NCBI GenBank assembly: GCA_965238135.1
Contig: OZ250177.1
Coordinates: forward strand, 2,336,599 to 2,400,598
From: Candidatus Multivorans sp.
Lineage (GTDB): Bacteria > Acidobacteriota > Thermoanaerobaculia > Multivoradales > Multivoraceae
Direction of reading: 5' to 3'
DNA length: 64,000 bases
The notes beneath the pieces are model-generated. The model had not been told where the DNA came from, searched no databases, and saw only the letters and a list, made by a program, of their open reading frames with translations. Below, in pieces: positions 20,086 through 29,552 of the stretch (position 1 is the stretch's first letter; each line of letters starts with the position of its first letter). The translations under genes and the position numbers were made by a program.

Positions 20086-20490
20086 TTGAGCAACGCCAAA
20101 CTCGCGAACCGGATTAGCAACGCGGAGCGGAGCCTGCGCCGCCTGCGGGCGGTCGCCGCCAAGCCACTCGACCCGGACAACGAGCGCCTGGACGCGACCG
20201 TTCATCGGTTCAACATCGCCTTCGAGACGCTGATCAAGACCCTTGACGCCCATCTTGAATCGAGGCACCGACTTGGACCGTCAGAGCGCGGCGCCTCCAA
20301 GTTCGACCTGCTCAAGACGGCCTACCGCCTGAGGCTGATCGAGGACGAGCAGGTTTGGATCGACATCCTCGACGCCCGGAACGCGACCTCCCACGAGTAC
20401 GACCAGGACAAGGCGATCGCGCTCTACGAGGAGATCAAGCGCTACGTGCCCCACCTTGAAGGGCTGCTCTCCCGCATAGCGACGCGCTGA
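20086..20490 (+). CDS. HEPN-family protein (HI0074 / nucleotidyltransferase-substrate-binding type, HepT-like toxin-type partner)
   Basis: C-terminal RNATSHEY = R-x4-H-x-Y HEPN catalytic motif; helical 134-aa protein; paired with upstream MNT. Confidence 0.75.
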   Translation: MSNAKLANRISNAERSLRRLRAVAAKPLDPDNERLDATVHRFNIAFETLIKTLDAHLESRHRLGPSERGASKFDLLKTAYRLRLIEDEQVWIDILDARNATSHEYDQDKAIALYEEIKRYVPHLEGLLSRIATR

Positions 20491-20520
20491 GCGGGTTCGG
20501 CGACCGGCGCCGCCCGACAA

Positions 20521-20535
20521 CTGACCGAAGGTCAG
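20521..20535. terminator. Small hairpin CTGACC-gaa-GGTCAG between convergent HEPN and mmsB-like genes
   Basis: 6-bp perfect stem read directly; weak. Confidence 0.25.
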
Positions 20536-21426
20536 CTACCCGGACTTGTAAGCCATTGACCGCAGGCGGACCACCAGGCTCGAGGTGTCCCAGCGCAGGC
20601 CACCCAGTGCCGTGACCTCGCTGTAGAACTGGTCGACGAGCGCCGCAACGGGAAGGTGGGCGCCATTCTGGCGGGCTTCGTCCAAGGCGATCCCCAGGTC
20701 CTTGCGCATCCACTGGACCGCGAAGCCGTAGTCGAACTTGCCCTGGACCATCGTCTCGGCCCGGTTCTCCATCTGCCAGGACCCCGCGGCGCCCGTTGAG
20801 ATCGCGCCGACCACCGCCAGCGGATCGAGGCCGGCCTGCTCGGCGAAGTGGATGCCCTCGGAGAGGCCCTGGACGATGCCCGCGATGCAGAGCTGGTTGA
20901 CCATCTTCGTCAACTGGCCGCTGCCGGCGGGGCCGAGCAGGGTGACCGCCCGGCTGTAGCAGTCGATCACGGCGTTCACCCGCTCGAAGACGTCCGGCTC
21001 ACCGCCGCACATGACGGTCAAGACGCCGTTTTCGGCGCCGGCCTGACCGCCCGAGATCGGCGCGTCGAGGAAGCCGCAACCACGCGCCGCGCAGGTCTCC
21101 GCGAGTTCGCGGGCCAGCCGGGCCGAAGCGGTCGTGTGATCGACGAGTACGCTGCCTTCCGCCATCCCTTCGAGCGCGCCGCCTGGACCCAGGGTCACGG
21201 CTCGAACGTCGTCGTCGTTGCCAACGCAGCAGAAAACGAACTCGGCGCCGGCCGCCGCTTCGGCGGGGGTCGCCGCGCTCTCGCCGCCGTGCTCCCCGAC
21301 CCAGCTCTCGGCCTTTGCCGCCGTGCGGTTGTAGACCACGACCCGCTCGCCCGCGGCCGCCAGGTGGCCGGCCATGGGGTAGCCCATGACCCCCAATCCG
21401 ATGAACGCAACCCGATGACCCGCCAT
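20536..21426 (-). CDS. NAD(P)-dependent 3-hydroxyisobutyrate dehydrogenase family oxidoreductase (MmsB/GarR-like)
   Basis: N-terminal VAFIGLGVMGYPMAGHL Rossmann motif, 6-PGDH-like C-terminal domain; ATG at 21426 with GGAGGAG RBS. The rest of ORF 20536..22542 is antisense to glnS and is rejected. Confidence 0.85.
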   Translation of the reverse strand: MAGHRVAFIGLGVMGYPMAGHLAAAGERVVVYNRTAAKAESWVGEHGGESAATPAEAAAGAEFVFCCVGNDDDVRAVTLGPGGALEGMAEGSVLVDHTTASARLARELAETCAARGCGFLDAPISGGQAGAENGVLTVMCGGEPDVFERVNAVIDCYSRAVTLLGPAGSGQLTKMVNQLCIAGIVQGLSEGIHFAEQAGLDPLAVVGAISTGAAGSWQMENRAETMVQGKFDYGFAVQWMRKDLGIALDEARQNGAHLPVAALVDQFYSEVTALGGLRWDTSSLVVRLRSMAYKSG

Positions 21427-21542
21427 ACTTGCTCCTCCCGTGCTGTTCGCGGCTCTCTGACGCGCGATTCCTTTGGTGCCGGCGATCCTAACCGCGGCGG
21501 GCGGCGCCATCGCTGAACCATCGCCACCTCCAACCAGACCGG

Positions 21543-21690
21543 CGCTCCGCGCCGGATGCGGGCGAGACGCCCGCGTTCCATCCATGCGCCCGATGACGGG
21601 CGCATGGAGTGGTTCGCGGCTGGCACGATCCGCGCCCCATCCGCGCACCGGTACGGAATGGTGCGCGGATCGCGCTACCCGGGTTCCCAG
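21543..21690. repeat. Structured intergenic repeat, copy A (GGATGCGGGCGAGACGCCCG ... CCCGGGTTCCCAGGG termini, internal hairpins)
   Basis: About 85% identical to the segment at 30890..30995; contains hairpins GCGGGCG-aga-CGCCCGC and GCGCCC-gatgac-GGGCGC, plus an extra palindromic insert CCGCGCACC..GGTGCGCGG; lies in divergent intergenic region mmsB / glnS. Confidence 0.6.
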
Positions 21691-21777
21691 GGTCGAAAGC
21701 CGCCAGGCTTCCGCGGCTCCTGAGGGTAATCCGATAATCTCCGCTGCTCCGCAGCAACCGCTTCTGCTCCCGCCGCC

Positions 21778-23481
21778 ATGACCGACGACTCCAGTATCTC
21801 CAAACCGCTCGACTTCATCCGCGAGCAGGTACGAGCCGATGTCGCCGCGGGCAAGCACGGCGGCAGCGTCGTCACCCGCTTCCCGCCGGAACCGAACGGC
21901 TACCTCCACATCGGGCACGCGAAGGCGATCTGCCTCGACTTCGGCGTTGCCCAGGAGTACGGCGGTCACTGCAACCTGCGCTTCGACGACACGAACCCGA
22001 CCGCGGAGGACACCGAGTACGTCGAGGCGATCGAACGCGACGTGCGCTGGCTCGGTTTCGATTGGGGCGCTGAGGCGCTCTATGCCTCCGACTACTTCGA
22101 TCAGCTCTACGACTGGGCGACCGAGCTGATCCGCAAGGGCAAGGCGTACGTCTGCAGCTTGAGCCCGGACGAAGCGCGCGCCTACCGTCGACGCTGGAAC
22201 GAGCCGGGCCGCAACAGCCCGTACCGCGACCGGTCCGTGGAGGAGAACCTCGACCTCTTCGAGCGCATGAAGAGGGGCGAATTCGCGAACGGCGAGCACA
22301 CGCTGCGGGCGAAGATCGACATGTCGTCCTCGAACATGAACCTGCGCGACCCGGTGCTCTACCGCATCCTCCACGCGGACCACCACCGTACCGGCTCCAA
22401 GTGGTGCATCTACCCGACCTACGACTGGGCCCACGGCCAGTCCGACGCGATCGAGGCCGTCACGCACTCGCTGTGCACACTCGAGTTCGAGGACCATCGG
22501 CCGCTCTATGACTGGTTCCTCGATCACATCGATGGCATCCACCAGCCGCAGCAGATCGAGTTCGCGCGGCTGAATCTGACCTACACCCTGACCTCCAAGC
22601 GCAAGCTGAAGCGGTTGATCGACGAGGGCCTAGTCGACGGCTGGGACGATCCGCGGATGCCGACGCTGACGGCGCTCCGCCGCCGCGGCTGCCCGCCGGA
22701 AGCGCTGCGCGAGCTCTGCGCGCGGATCGGCCTGACCAAGAACGACTCGGTCGTCGACTTGAGTCAACTGGAGTTCGCGATACGCAACGAGCTCAACCGG
22801 ACCGCGCCCCGGGTCATGGCCGTGCTACGGCCGCTCAAGGTCGTGATCGAGAACTACGCCGACGACCTGGTCGAGGAACTCGACGCGATCAACAACCCGG
22901 AGGACGCTTCGGCCGGGACCCGCAAAGTGCCCTTCTCCAAGGTGCTCTACATCGAGCGGGACGACTTCCGGCGGAATCCGCCGCGGAAGTTCTTCCGCCT
23001 GGCCCCGGGCCGCGAAGTGCGCCTCCGCTACGCCTACTTCGTCACCTGCACCGACGTGATCGAGGACGAGGCCGGCAACGTCACAGAAATCCGCTGTACC
23101 TACGACCCGGCCACCCGCGGCGGCGACGCACCGGACGGTCGCAGGGTCAAGGCGACACTGCACTGGGTGTCGGCGGCCCACGCGATCCAGGCCGAAGTCC
23201 GGCTCTACGACCGCCTGTTCACGCACCCGAACCCGGGCGGGGCGCCGGGCGAGATCGAGGATCACCTGAATCCCGACTCACTGGAGGTCCTGAACGACTG
23301 CCAGCTCGAACCGAGCCTCGCCGGCGCCAAGCCCGGCGAGCGCGTCCAGTTCGAGCGTCTCGGCTACTTCTGCGTCGATCCGGACAGCCGAAGCGGGGCG
23401 GCGGTGTTCAACCGGACGGTGACCCTGCGGGACACCTGGGCGAAGATCGAGCGGGCGCAGAAGGCGGCCTCGCGATCCTGA
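21778..23481 (+). CDS. glnS: Glutaminyl-tRNA synthetase
   Basis: HIGH motif ([14 protein letters not shown]), class I core and anticodon-binding domains, 567 aa GlnRS architecture. Confidence 0.95.
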   Translation: MTDDSSISKPLDFIREQVRADVAAGKHGGSVVTRFPPEPNGYLHIGHAKAICLDFGVAQEYGGHCNLRFDDTNPTAEDTEYVEAIERDVRWLGFDWGAEALYASDYFDQLYDWATELIRKGKAYVCSLSPDEARAYRRRWNEPGRNSPYRDRSVEENLDLFERMKRGEFANGEHTLRAKIDMSSSNMNLRDPVLYRILHADHHRTGSKWCIYPTYDWAHGQSDAIEAVTHSLCTLEFEDHRPLYDWFLDHIDGIHQPQQIEFARLNLTYTLTSKRKLKRLIDEGLVDGWDDPRMPTLTALRRRGCPPEALRELCARIGLTKNDSVVDLSQLEFAIRNELNRTAPRVMAVLRPLKVVIENYADDLVEELDAINNPEDASAGTRKVPFSKVLYIERDDFRRNPPRKFFRLAPGREVRLRYAYFVTCTDVIEDEAGNVTEIRCTYDPATRGGDAPDGRRVKATLHWVSAAHAIQAEVRLYDRLFTHPNPGGAPGEIEDHLNPDSLEVLNDCQLEPSLAGAKPGERVQFERLGYFCVDPDSRSGAAVFNRTVTLRDTWAKIERAQKAASRS

Positions 23482-23744
23482 GTCACTCCATACCGCCCGA
23501 CGACCTGGAAGGTCGGCCCTCACGGCGTTTTGCAGACGAACGCATCGAGGTCCGTTACCGTCGCAGTCGCCTCGGCCGGATCGCTCCCGGTACCCCCGCG
23601 CCACGCCGGCGCCCGGCCACGCCTACAGTGGCTCCGAACGGCAAGGGATCGGGACAAGGCGACGCCTCGTCTAAGGAATCGACACACCCAGCCTCTACAC
23701 TCTCGTTCTACGCCTGACCGAAGGCAGTGCCTGGACGGGTCCGC

Positions 23745-23750
23745 AAGGAG
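23745..23750 (+). promoter_or_regulatory. Ribosome-binding site AAGGAG 7 nt upstream of TTG start of the sbcD-like gene
   Basis: Read directly. Confidence 0.5.
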
Positions 23751-23757
23751 CCCCTGC

Positions 23758-24873
23758 TTGAAGATCGTCCACTTCGCCGACCTCCATCTCGACGCCCGCT
23801 TCGCCTGGTGCGGCGCTTCGGGCGAGACCGCGATCGCAAGGCGCGAAGCCCTCCGGGGGACGCTCTTCGACATCGCACAGCTCGCCCGGAGCGAGAAGGC
23901 GGACGCCCTGTTCTGCGGCGGCGACCTCTACGAGGCGGCTTACGTAACGCCCGACACGGCGAGCTTCCTTCGCAGGCAGTTCGCCGAGCTGGATCCGCTG
24001 CTCGTCTTCATCGCTCCCGGCAATCACGACTACTACGCCTCGGGGCAGTGCTACGCCACGACGAACTGGCCTTCCAACGTTCGCATCTTCCGTGAGCCCA
24101 AGCTGACCCCGGTTGAACTGGCAGACGGCATGACGCTGTGGGGCGCGGCCCACAACAAGCCCGCGGGAACCAACAACTTCCTCAGGAACTTCCGCGTGAG
24201 CGGAGAAGGGATCCACTTGGCGCTCCTTCATGCCGCCGAACGAGGGTGGTTCAGCGAGCAGGGCGAGGGCAAGGCCCTTCACGCCCCGTTCGAGGCAACG
24301 GAAATCGAGCGGGCCGGGCTCCACTACGCCTTCCTCGGCCACTACCACAAGCCCAGGGATCGTGACCGTCACTCCTATCCCGGGAATCCGGAGCCGCTCT
24401 CCTTCGGCGAAGAGGGTGAGCGGGGCGTGATCGTGGCCCGGATCGGAGAGGACGGAGCAGTCACTGTGGATCGTCGCGTACTCTCTCGGACCACGGTGCG
24501 CGATCTCGAGATCGACGTCACGGACTGCGGTTCGAGCACCGACATCCTGGACCTGGTGACCGAAGAGACCACCGGCATGAGCGGAACCCTCCGCCTCTTC
24601 ATGCGAGGCGAAGTGGATCGGGAAGCCGACATCCCCGACCGACGGCAAATCCAGCAGGCTGTAGCGCCGGAACTCGATGCCGTTCTGGTGGCGGCGCCTT
24701 CGATCCGCCACGCGTACGATCTCGAGGCGCTGTGCGACTCCGACCTCGTGGTGAACCGATTCGTCCGCAACGTGAGAGCGGACCCGGAACTCTCTACGGA
24801 GCAACAGGATCGGGTGATCCAGGCAGGGCTCCGGGCCCTCGACGGACGAACCGACCTCGGCGGGGTCCGCTGA
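23758..24873 (+). CDS. Mre11/SbcD-like metallophosphoesterase nuclease (YhaO-like)
   Basis: Calcineurin-like phosphoesterase motifs KIVHFADLHLD, GGDLYE, GNHD, GHYH; TTG start with AAGGAG RBS; 3' end 2 nt from ATG of the ATPase gene. Confidence 0.8.
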   Translation: MKIVHFADLHLDARFAWCGASGETAIARREALRGTLFDIAQLARSEKADALFCGGDLYEAAYVTPDTASFLRRQFAELDPLLVFIAPGNHDYYASGQCYATTNWPSNVRIFREPKLTPVELADGMTLWGAAHNKPAGTNNFLRNFRVSGEGIHLALLHAAERGWFSEQGEGKALHAPFEATEIERAGLHYAFLGHYHKPRDRDRHSYPGNPEPLSFGEEGERGVIVARIGEDGAVTVDRRVLSRTTVRDLEIDVTDCGSSTDILDLVTEETTGMSGTLRLFMRGEVDREADIPDRRQIQQAVAPELDAVLVAAPSIRHAYDLEALCDSDLVVNRFVRNVRADPELSTEQQDRVIQAGLRALDGRTDLGGVR

Positions 24874-24875
24874 TC

Positions 24876-27800
24876 ATGTACTTCGAGAAGATCAGGGCGA
24901 TCGCCTTCGGGCCGTTGCGCGACAAGGTGCTTGAGTTGGCCCCGGGGTTCAACGTCGTGTTCGGCCCCAACGAAGCCGGCAAGTCCACCTGGCACGCCGC
25001 CATCTATGCCGGGCTCTGCGGCGTACGCAGGGGCAAGGGCAGAGAGTGGACTGACGACAAGGCGTTTAGGGACAGGCACAGACCGTGGCGAGGAGGCCAC
25101 GGCTTCAGAGTCGGCGTACAGATCGCCCTCGAGGACGAACGCGCCCGGCGGGTCGAGCTGATTCAGGACCTCGAAAACCGTGTGGCCGAGCGGGTGTCGG
25201 ACATAGTTCTTCCCGGGCGGGACTACGCCGACGAAATCGACTACGACGGCGCGCCGGACGGCTCGAAGTGGCTGGGCCTGACCCGCGAGAACTTCCTGAG
25301 AACGGCGTGCATTCGTCAGGCCGAGACCCTCCGGGTGGCCGAAGAGCAGAACGCCGAAGGCCTCCAGCAAGCCCTCCAAGAAGCGGCAACAGCAGGCTCC
25401 CAGTCCACGCCGACCGCCGCTGTCGGCCTGATCGAGAAGTACCGCACGGACGAGATCGGAAGCGAGAGGGCGCCGACGAAGCCCTTCCGGATAGCAAGAG
25501 ACCGAATGGCGGAACTGCGCGATGACATCCGCGAAGCCCAAGACCAGCGAGCAGAAGGGGAAGAACTCCAGAAGCGCCTGGAGGCGGCACAGAGAGACTT
25601 GGACGACACCCGCTGGATGCTCGCTGAACGCAGGGCGCTGGACATCGAGGAGCAGCTACGTAGGGCCGAGGCGATGGCCAGACACTTCCCTGACGGGCGA
25701 CCGGGGCCAACCGCCGCTGCCAACGAACTTCAGCTCCGGGGCCGGGAAGTGATCGCGGACTTCGAGAAGCGACCCGACCCCGCGCGTCATTCCGAAAGCA
25801 GACTCCACGAAATCGACAGCGACATCGCTGATGCCGAACAGGCGCGCCGGGAAGAGGACGCCCTGCTGACTGAGAACGAGGAAGTCCTCGCTCGCTGTCG
25901 TCACGAGCTTGAGGCAAGGCAGGACGCGCACCAGAAGCTGGCGGGCGAGGTTGCCGGGGGAGCGGCCGAGCTGGAGCACATCGATCAGGAATTGGACAGG
26001 CTCGACTCGCGCCTCGAGGAAGCCAACCGCGGAGCATCCAGCGAACGCGACGCTCTGCGGAGGGCCCAGGAGCATCTCGCCGACATCGCGCAACGGATCG
26101 AGAGCATCCGCGTCCGCAGTGAGCAGACGAGAGCCGAGAGGGCCAGGCTTCAGCGCGAGAAGACGGAGGCCGGCGCGGCGGCGATGGGCCTCGCGGCCAA
26201 GCTCGAGGCGGACGCAGAACGCTTCGAGTCCGTCCAGCGCCAGATCGACGAGATCACGCAGAAGCTGCCGGATCCTCCAGACCTGAGCGAAGAAACGCGC
26301 CAGCGAAGAAGGCCACGAGACCTGCCCGCGCTTCTGGCCGGCATGACGCTGCTTGCAGGGGCCGGCCTGACCGTCTTCGCATCGACACCCGCCGGACCTG
26401 CCCTTCTCCTTGTCGGCGCCGCGGGGCTCGCCCTTTGGGCGTTCCTCGTATCGAGGAGGACTGAACGACGGCCGAACGAGAGCCCGGACGATGGAGGGAT
26501 CCGACACCGGGAGCGACTCAAGTCTCTGCACGCGGAACGTGCAGAGATCGCGGGCCGCAAGGCGCAACTCGAGACTCAAAGGGACGAGTTCGAAGTCCGC
26601 CTTGGCAAGCTCAGGCAGGATCTCGAGGAGCAGGAAGCCCAGGAACGCAGGTTGGAAGACGACCGGAGAGAGACGGAGGCTCCGCAACAAGCCGCCCAGG
26701 CGGATGTCTCTCGTCGCCAGATCCAGATGGCGTCCCTTCAGGAGGCGATCGCCAGGCACCGAGCCGATATCACCAGCCTCTCAGGCCGGCGGGCAGAGAG
26801 CCAAAAGTCGCAGGAGCAGCGGGAGGCCAGTCGCCAGGAAGCGGAGCGGAAGGTCGAAGCCTGCCGCCAGGACCTGAAGGACTCCGAGCAGGTCACGTCA
26901 GACCACCGCGCCGACATCGGCGCACTCAAGACCAAGCGCGAGGAGCTCCTGAAGAGCCGCAGCCGCGCGCTGAAGGATCTCGAGAGGCGCCGCGCCGAGG
27001 ACGCGGATGCCGCCAGCGATGCCGAGCGACAGCTCCGTCAGGTCGGGCAGGAGGTTCTCGGCGAGGAGGCGGCCACGCCGAACCGCACAGCCACCGACGT
27101 GGTGCGCTCGCTTCGTGACTGGCAGCAAAGGCAGGAACAGGCGCGGGCCAACGACCAGGAGCGGCTCGATGCCTATACGAAGTACCGCGAGTTCGTGGGC
27201 GTCCAGGGTATCGGCACCTTGCGCGATGAAGCGCAACGTCGGCAAACGCAGGCCAACGACCTCTCGGCCGCGGCGCCGGAAGCGGAGCGCCCAGGACGCG
27301 GAGATCTAGAGGAAGCGAACGAAGCCGACCTCCAACGCAAGGTCGATGACATCCGCGGGAAAGTCCGCACGCTGGAGGTCCAACTAGAGGAGAGGCAGCG
27401 ACTGCAGAAACCGCTGGCCGACCTGGAGGACGACCTGGAAGCGGAAGAAAAGCGCCTCCACGAGCTGACAACGCTCGACGCCGCGCTGGTGAAAGCCGTG
27501 GAGCACTTGAAGGACGCCGAAGAACGGGTCTACCGTGATCTGGCCCCGAAGCTGCAAATGTCCGTCGAGCAGCACCTCTCGCAAGTGACCGGCGGCGGGT
27601 ACGAAAGCTGCAAGATCGACCCGGACACGCTGGCCCTGGAAGTGCAGTCGCCCGGTGCGGGGCCGGCGCTTGCGAACGGCCTCTCGCTCGGCACCCAAGA
27701 ACAGATCTACCTGCTGCTCCGCTTCGCCCTGGCGGAGCACCTGACCCGACCAGGCCAGAGGTGCCCCCTGATACTCGACGACGTTCTGGCTGCGGCGGAC

Positions 27801-27971
27801 GCGGCGAGGAAACGGGCGATTCTCGACACGCTGCTGGTGCTCGGCGACGAAACCCAGGTCGTCCTGTTCACCCACGAGGACGACGTGCTCCAGTGGGCCC
27901 GCGACTCCCTAGTTGTCGATCGCCACAAGTTGATCGAACTCGACCCTCCTCAATTCGCCCAGCCGGCCTGA
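24876..27971 (+). CDS. Rad50/SbcC-like coiled-coil ATPase with internal transmembrane hairpin (YhaN-like)
   Basis: N-terminal Walker A FGPNEAGKST, very long charged coiled coil, C-terminal signature-like GLSLGTQEQ plus Walker B/D-loop LILDDVLAAADA; two hydrophobic helices (LLAGMTLLAGAGLTVF / ALLLVGAAGLALWAFLV) at ~26320-26455. Confidence 0.8.
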   Translation: MYFEKIRAIAFGPLRDKVLELAPGFNVVFGPNEAGKSTWHAAIYAGLCGVRRGKGREWTDDKAFRDRHRPWRGGHGFRVGVQIALEDERARRVELIQDLENRVAERVSDIVLPGRDYADEIDYDGAPDGSKWLGLTRENFLRTACIRQAETLRVAEEQNAEGLQQALQEAATAGSQSTPTAAVGLIEKYRTDEIGSERAPTKPFRIARDRMAELRDDIREAQDQRAEGEELQKRLEAAQRDLDDTRWMLAERRALDIEEQLRRAEAMARHFPDGRPGPTAAANELQLRGREVIADFEKRPDPARHSESRLHEIDSDIADAEQARREEDALLTENEEVLARCRHELEARQDAHQKLAGEVAGGAAELEHIDQELDRLDSRLEEANRGASSERDALRRAQEHLADIAQRIESIRVRSEQTRAERARLQREKTEAGAAAMGLAAKLEADAERFESVQRQIDEITQKLPDPPDLSEETRQRRRPRDLPALLAGMTLLAGAGLTVFASTPAGPALLLVGAAGLALWAFLVSRRTERRPNESPDDGGIRHRERLKSLHAERAEIAGRKAQLETQRDEFEVRLGKLRQDLEEQEAQERRLEDDRRETEAPQQAAQADVSRRQIQMASLQEAIARHRADITSLSGRRAESQKSQEQREASRQEAERKVEACRQDLKDSEQVTSDHRADIGALKTKREELLKSRSRALKDLERRRAEDADAASDAERQLRQVGQEVLGEEAATPNRTATDVVRSLRDWQQRQEQARANDQERLDAYTKYREFVGVQGIGTLRDEAQRRQTQANDLSAAAPEAERPGRGDLEEANEADLQRKVDDIRGKVRTLEVQLEERQRLQKPLADLEDDLEAEEKRLHELTTLDAALVKAVEHLKDAEERVYRDLAPKLQMSVEQHLSQVTGGGYESCKIDPDTLALEVQSPGAGPALANGLSLGTQEQIYLLLRFALAEHLTRPGQRCPLILDDVLAAADAARKRAILDTLLVLGDETQVVLFTHEDDVLQWARDSLVVDRHKLIELDPPQFAQPA

Positions 27972-28046
27972 CTCCCGACCCGCCACGCGCGGGCAGCGTT
28001 CTTCTTCATTCCGCCACGACCGGTCCAAGGCAAGCGTTGGAAACGA

Positions 28047-29552
28047 CTACGCCGCGGATCCGACGGCCAACCCCTCGAACCGCTTCTGCAGCTTCTTCAT
28101 CCGCTTGCCCGAGATGCCGCCGAGCGCCTCGATCGCGCGGCGGATGCGGGCGCGCACGAGATCAGGGCCAAGAATCTCCATCGACTGGAACAGCGGCAGC
28201 GAGGCCGTCTCGCCCGACATGGCGACGTAGAAGGGTCGGGTCAGGTCGCGCAGGCTGAGGCCGAGCGCGGCCGCCATGCGCCGGAAGTGGTCCTGGATGG
28301 CCTCGGCAGTGAAGTTCTGCTCGCGTTCGAGCACCCAGAGCATGAACTGGAGCGCTTCCGCGACCTGGGCCTCCTCGAGACCCTTGACAGCCAGCTTCTC
28401 CCGCTCGACCTCTGGCGCGTCGACGAACAGGAAGTTCGTGAGACGGCCCCAGTCGCCCAGCGTCTCGAGCCGCGGCTGGGCCAGGGCGGCGATCCCTGCC
28501 AGGCGCTCCTCCGACATGGACCACTCGCGCACCAGCGCCGCCAGGCCGGCGGCGTCGTAGTCCTCGCGCAGGTAGCGGGCGTTCAGCCAACGCAGCTTGT
28601 CGAGGTCGAAGACGGGGCCTCCGAGCGAGATGTCCTCCAGGCGGAAGCCGTCCGCGAGCTGGTCGAAACCGAACTTCTCCTCGCCTTCCGACCGGCTCGA
28701 CACCATCAGGCCCAGGAAGTTCAGCAGCGCCTCCGGCAGGAAGCCGGCGTCCCGGAACCAGGTGATCGAGGTCGGGTTGCGGCGCTTGGAGAGCTTGGAG
28801 CGGTTCGCGTCGTTGTTGCGCAGCAGCGGCAAGTGGCAGAAAACAGGCGGCTCGTAACCCAACGCCTCGTAGAGCCGCAGGTGCTTCGGCAGCGAGTTGA
28901 TCCACTCCTCGCCGCGGATCACGTGGCTGATCGCCATTGCGTGATCGTCGACCACGCACGCCAGGTGGTAGGTCGGGTAGCCGTCGGCCTTGAGGATCAC
29001 CTGGTCGTCGATCAGTTCCCACTCGCGCCGGATCTCGCCGCGCAGCAGGTCCTGCATCACGCATTCGCCCTCGGTTGGCATCCCGATTCGCACGACGTGC
29101 TCTTCACCGGCGGCGGACCTCCGCTCCGACTCTTCCGATGAGAGCCCCCGGCAGCGCCGGTCGTAACCGGGGAAGCGCTGCTGCGCGCGGTTCTCCCGCC
29201 GCATCTCCTCCAGGCGCTCGCGGGTGCAGAAGCAGCGGTAGGCGCTGCCCTCCGCAAGCAGCCGGTCGACCTCGACGCGATACGACTCCAGGCGTTCGCT
29301 CTGGCGGTACGGGCCCTCGTCCCAGTTCAGACCCAGCCAGCGCAGGGCGTCGAGGATCGCGGCCTCCGACGCGCGGCTCGACCGCGCACGGTCCGTGTCC
29401 TCGATCCGCAGCACGAAGACGCCGCCGCGGCTGCGCGCGAAGGCCAGGTTGACCAGCGCTTGGTAGGCGGTGCCGACGTGCGGGTCGCCGGTCGGCGACG
29501 GCGCCACGCGCACCCGCACCGGAGCGCCGGCCCCGTGTCCCGAATCACTCAT
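28047..29552 (-). CDS. gltX: Glutamyl-tRNA synthetase
   Basis: Class I HIGH-type region (PSPTGDPHVGTAY), KLSKR KMSKS-motif, anticodon-binding domain; ATG overlaps stop of upstream TPR gene (ATGA). Confidence 0.95.
   Translation of the reverse strand: MSDSGHGAGAPVRVRVAPSPTGDPHVGTAYQALVNLAFARSRGGVFVLRIEDTDRARSSRASEAAILDALRWLGLNWDEGPYRQSERLESYRVEVDRLLAEGSAYRCFCTRERLEEMRRENRAQQRFPGYDRRCRGLSSEESERRSAAGEEHVVRIGMPTEGECVMQDLLRGEIRREWELIDDQVILKADGYPTYHLACVVDDHAMAISHVIRGEEWINSLPKHLRLYEALGYEPPVFCHLPLLRNNDANRSKLSKRRNPTSITWFRDAGFLPEALLNFLGLMVSSRSEGEEKFGFDQLADGFRLEDISLGGPVFDLDKLRWLNARYLREDYDAAGLAALVREWSMSEERLAGIAALAQPRLETLGDWGRLTNFLFVDAPEVEREKLAVKGLEEAQVAEALQFMLWVLEREQNFTAEAIQDHFRRMAAALGLSLRDLTRPFYVAMSGETASLPLFQSMEILGPDLVRARIRRAIEALGGISGKRMKKLQKRFEGLAVGSAA

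Noticed and set aside
21427-22542. N-terminal ~370 aa of the 668-aa minus ORF 20536..22542
   Set aside because: Only the last ~296 codons (mmsB-like, start 21426 with RBS) are real; the upstream extension crosses the repeat element and runs antisense through glnS.
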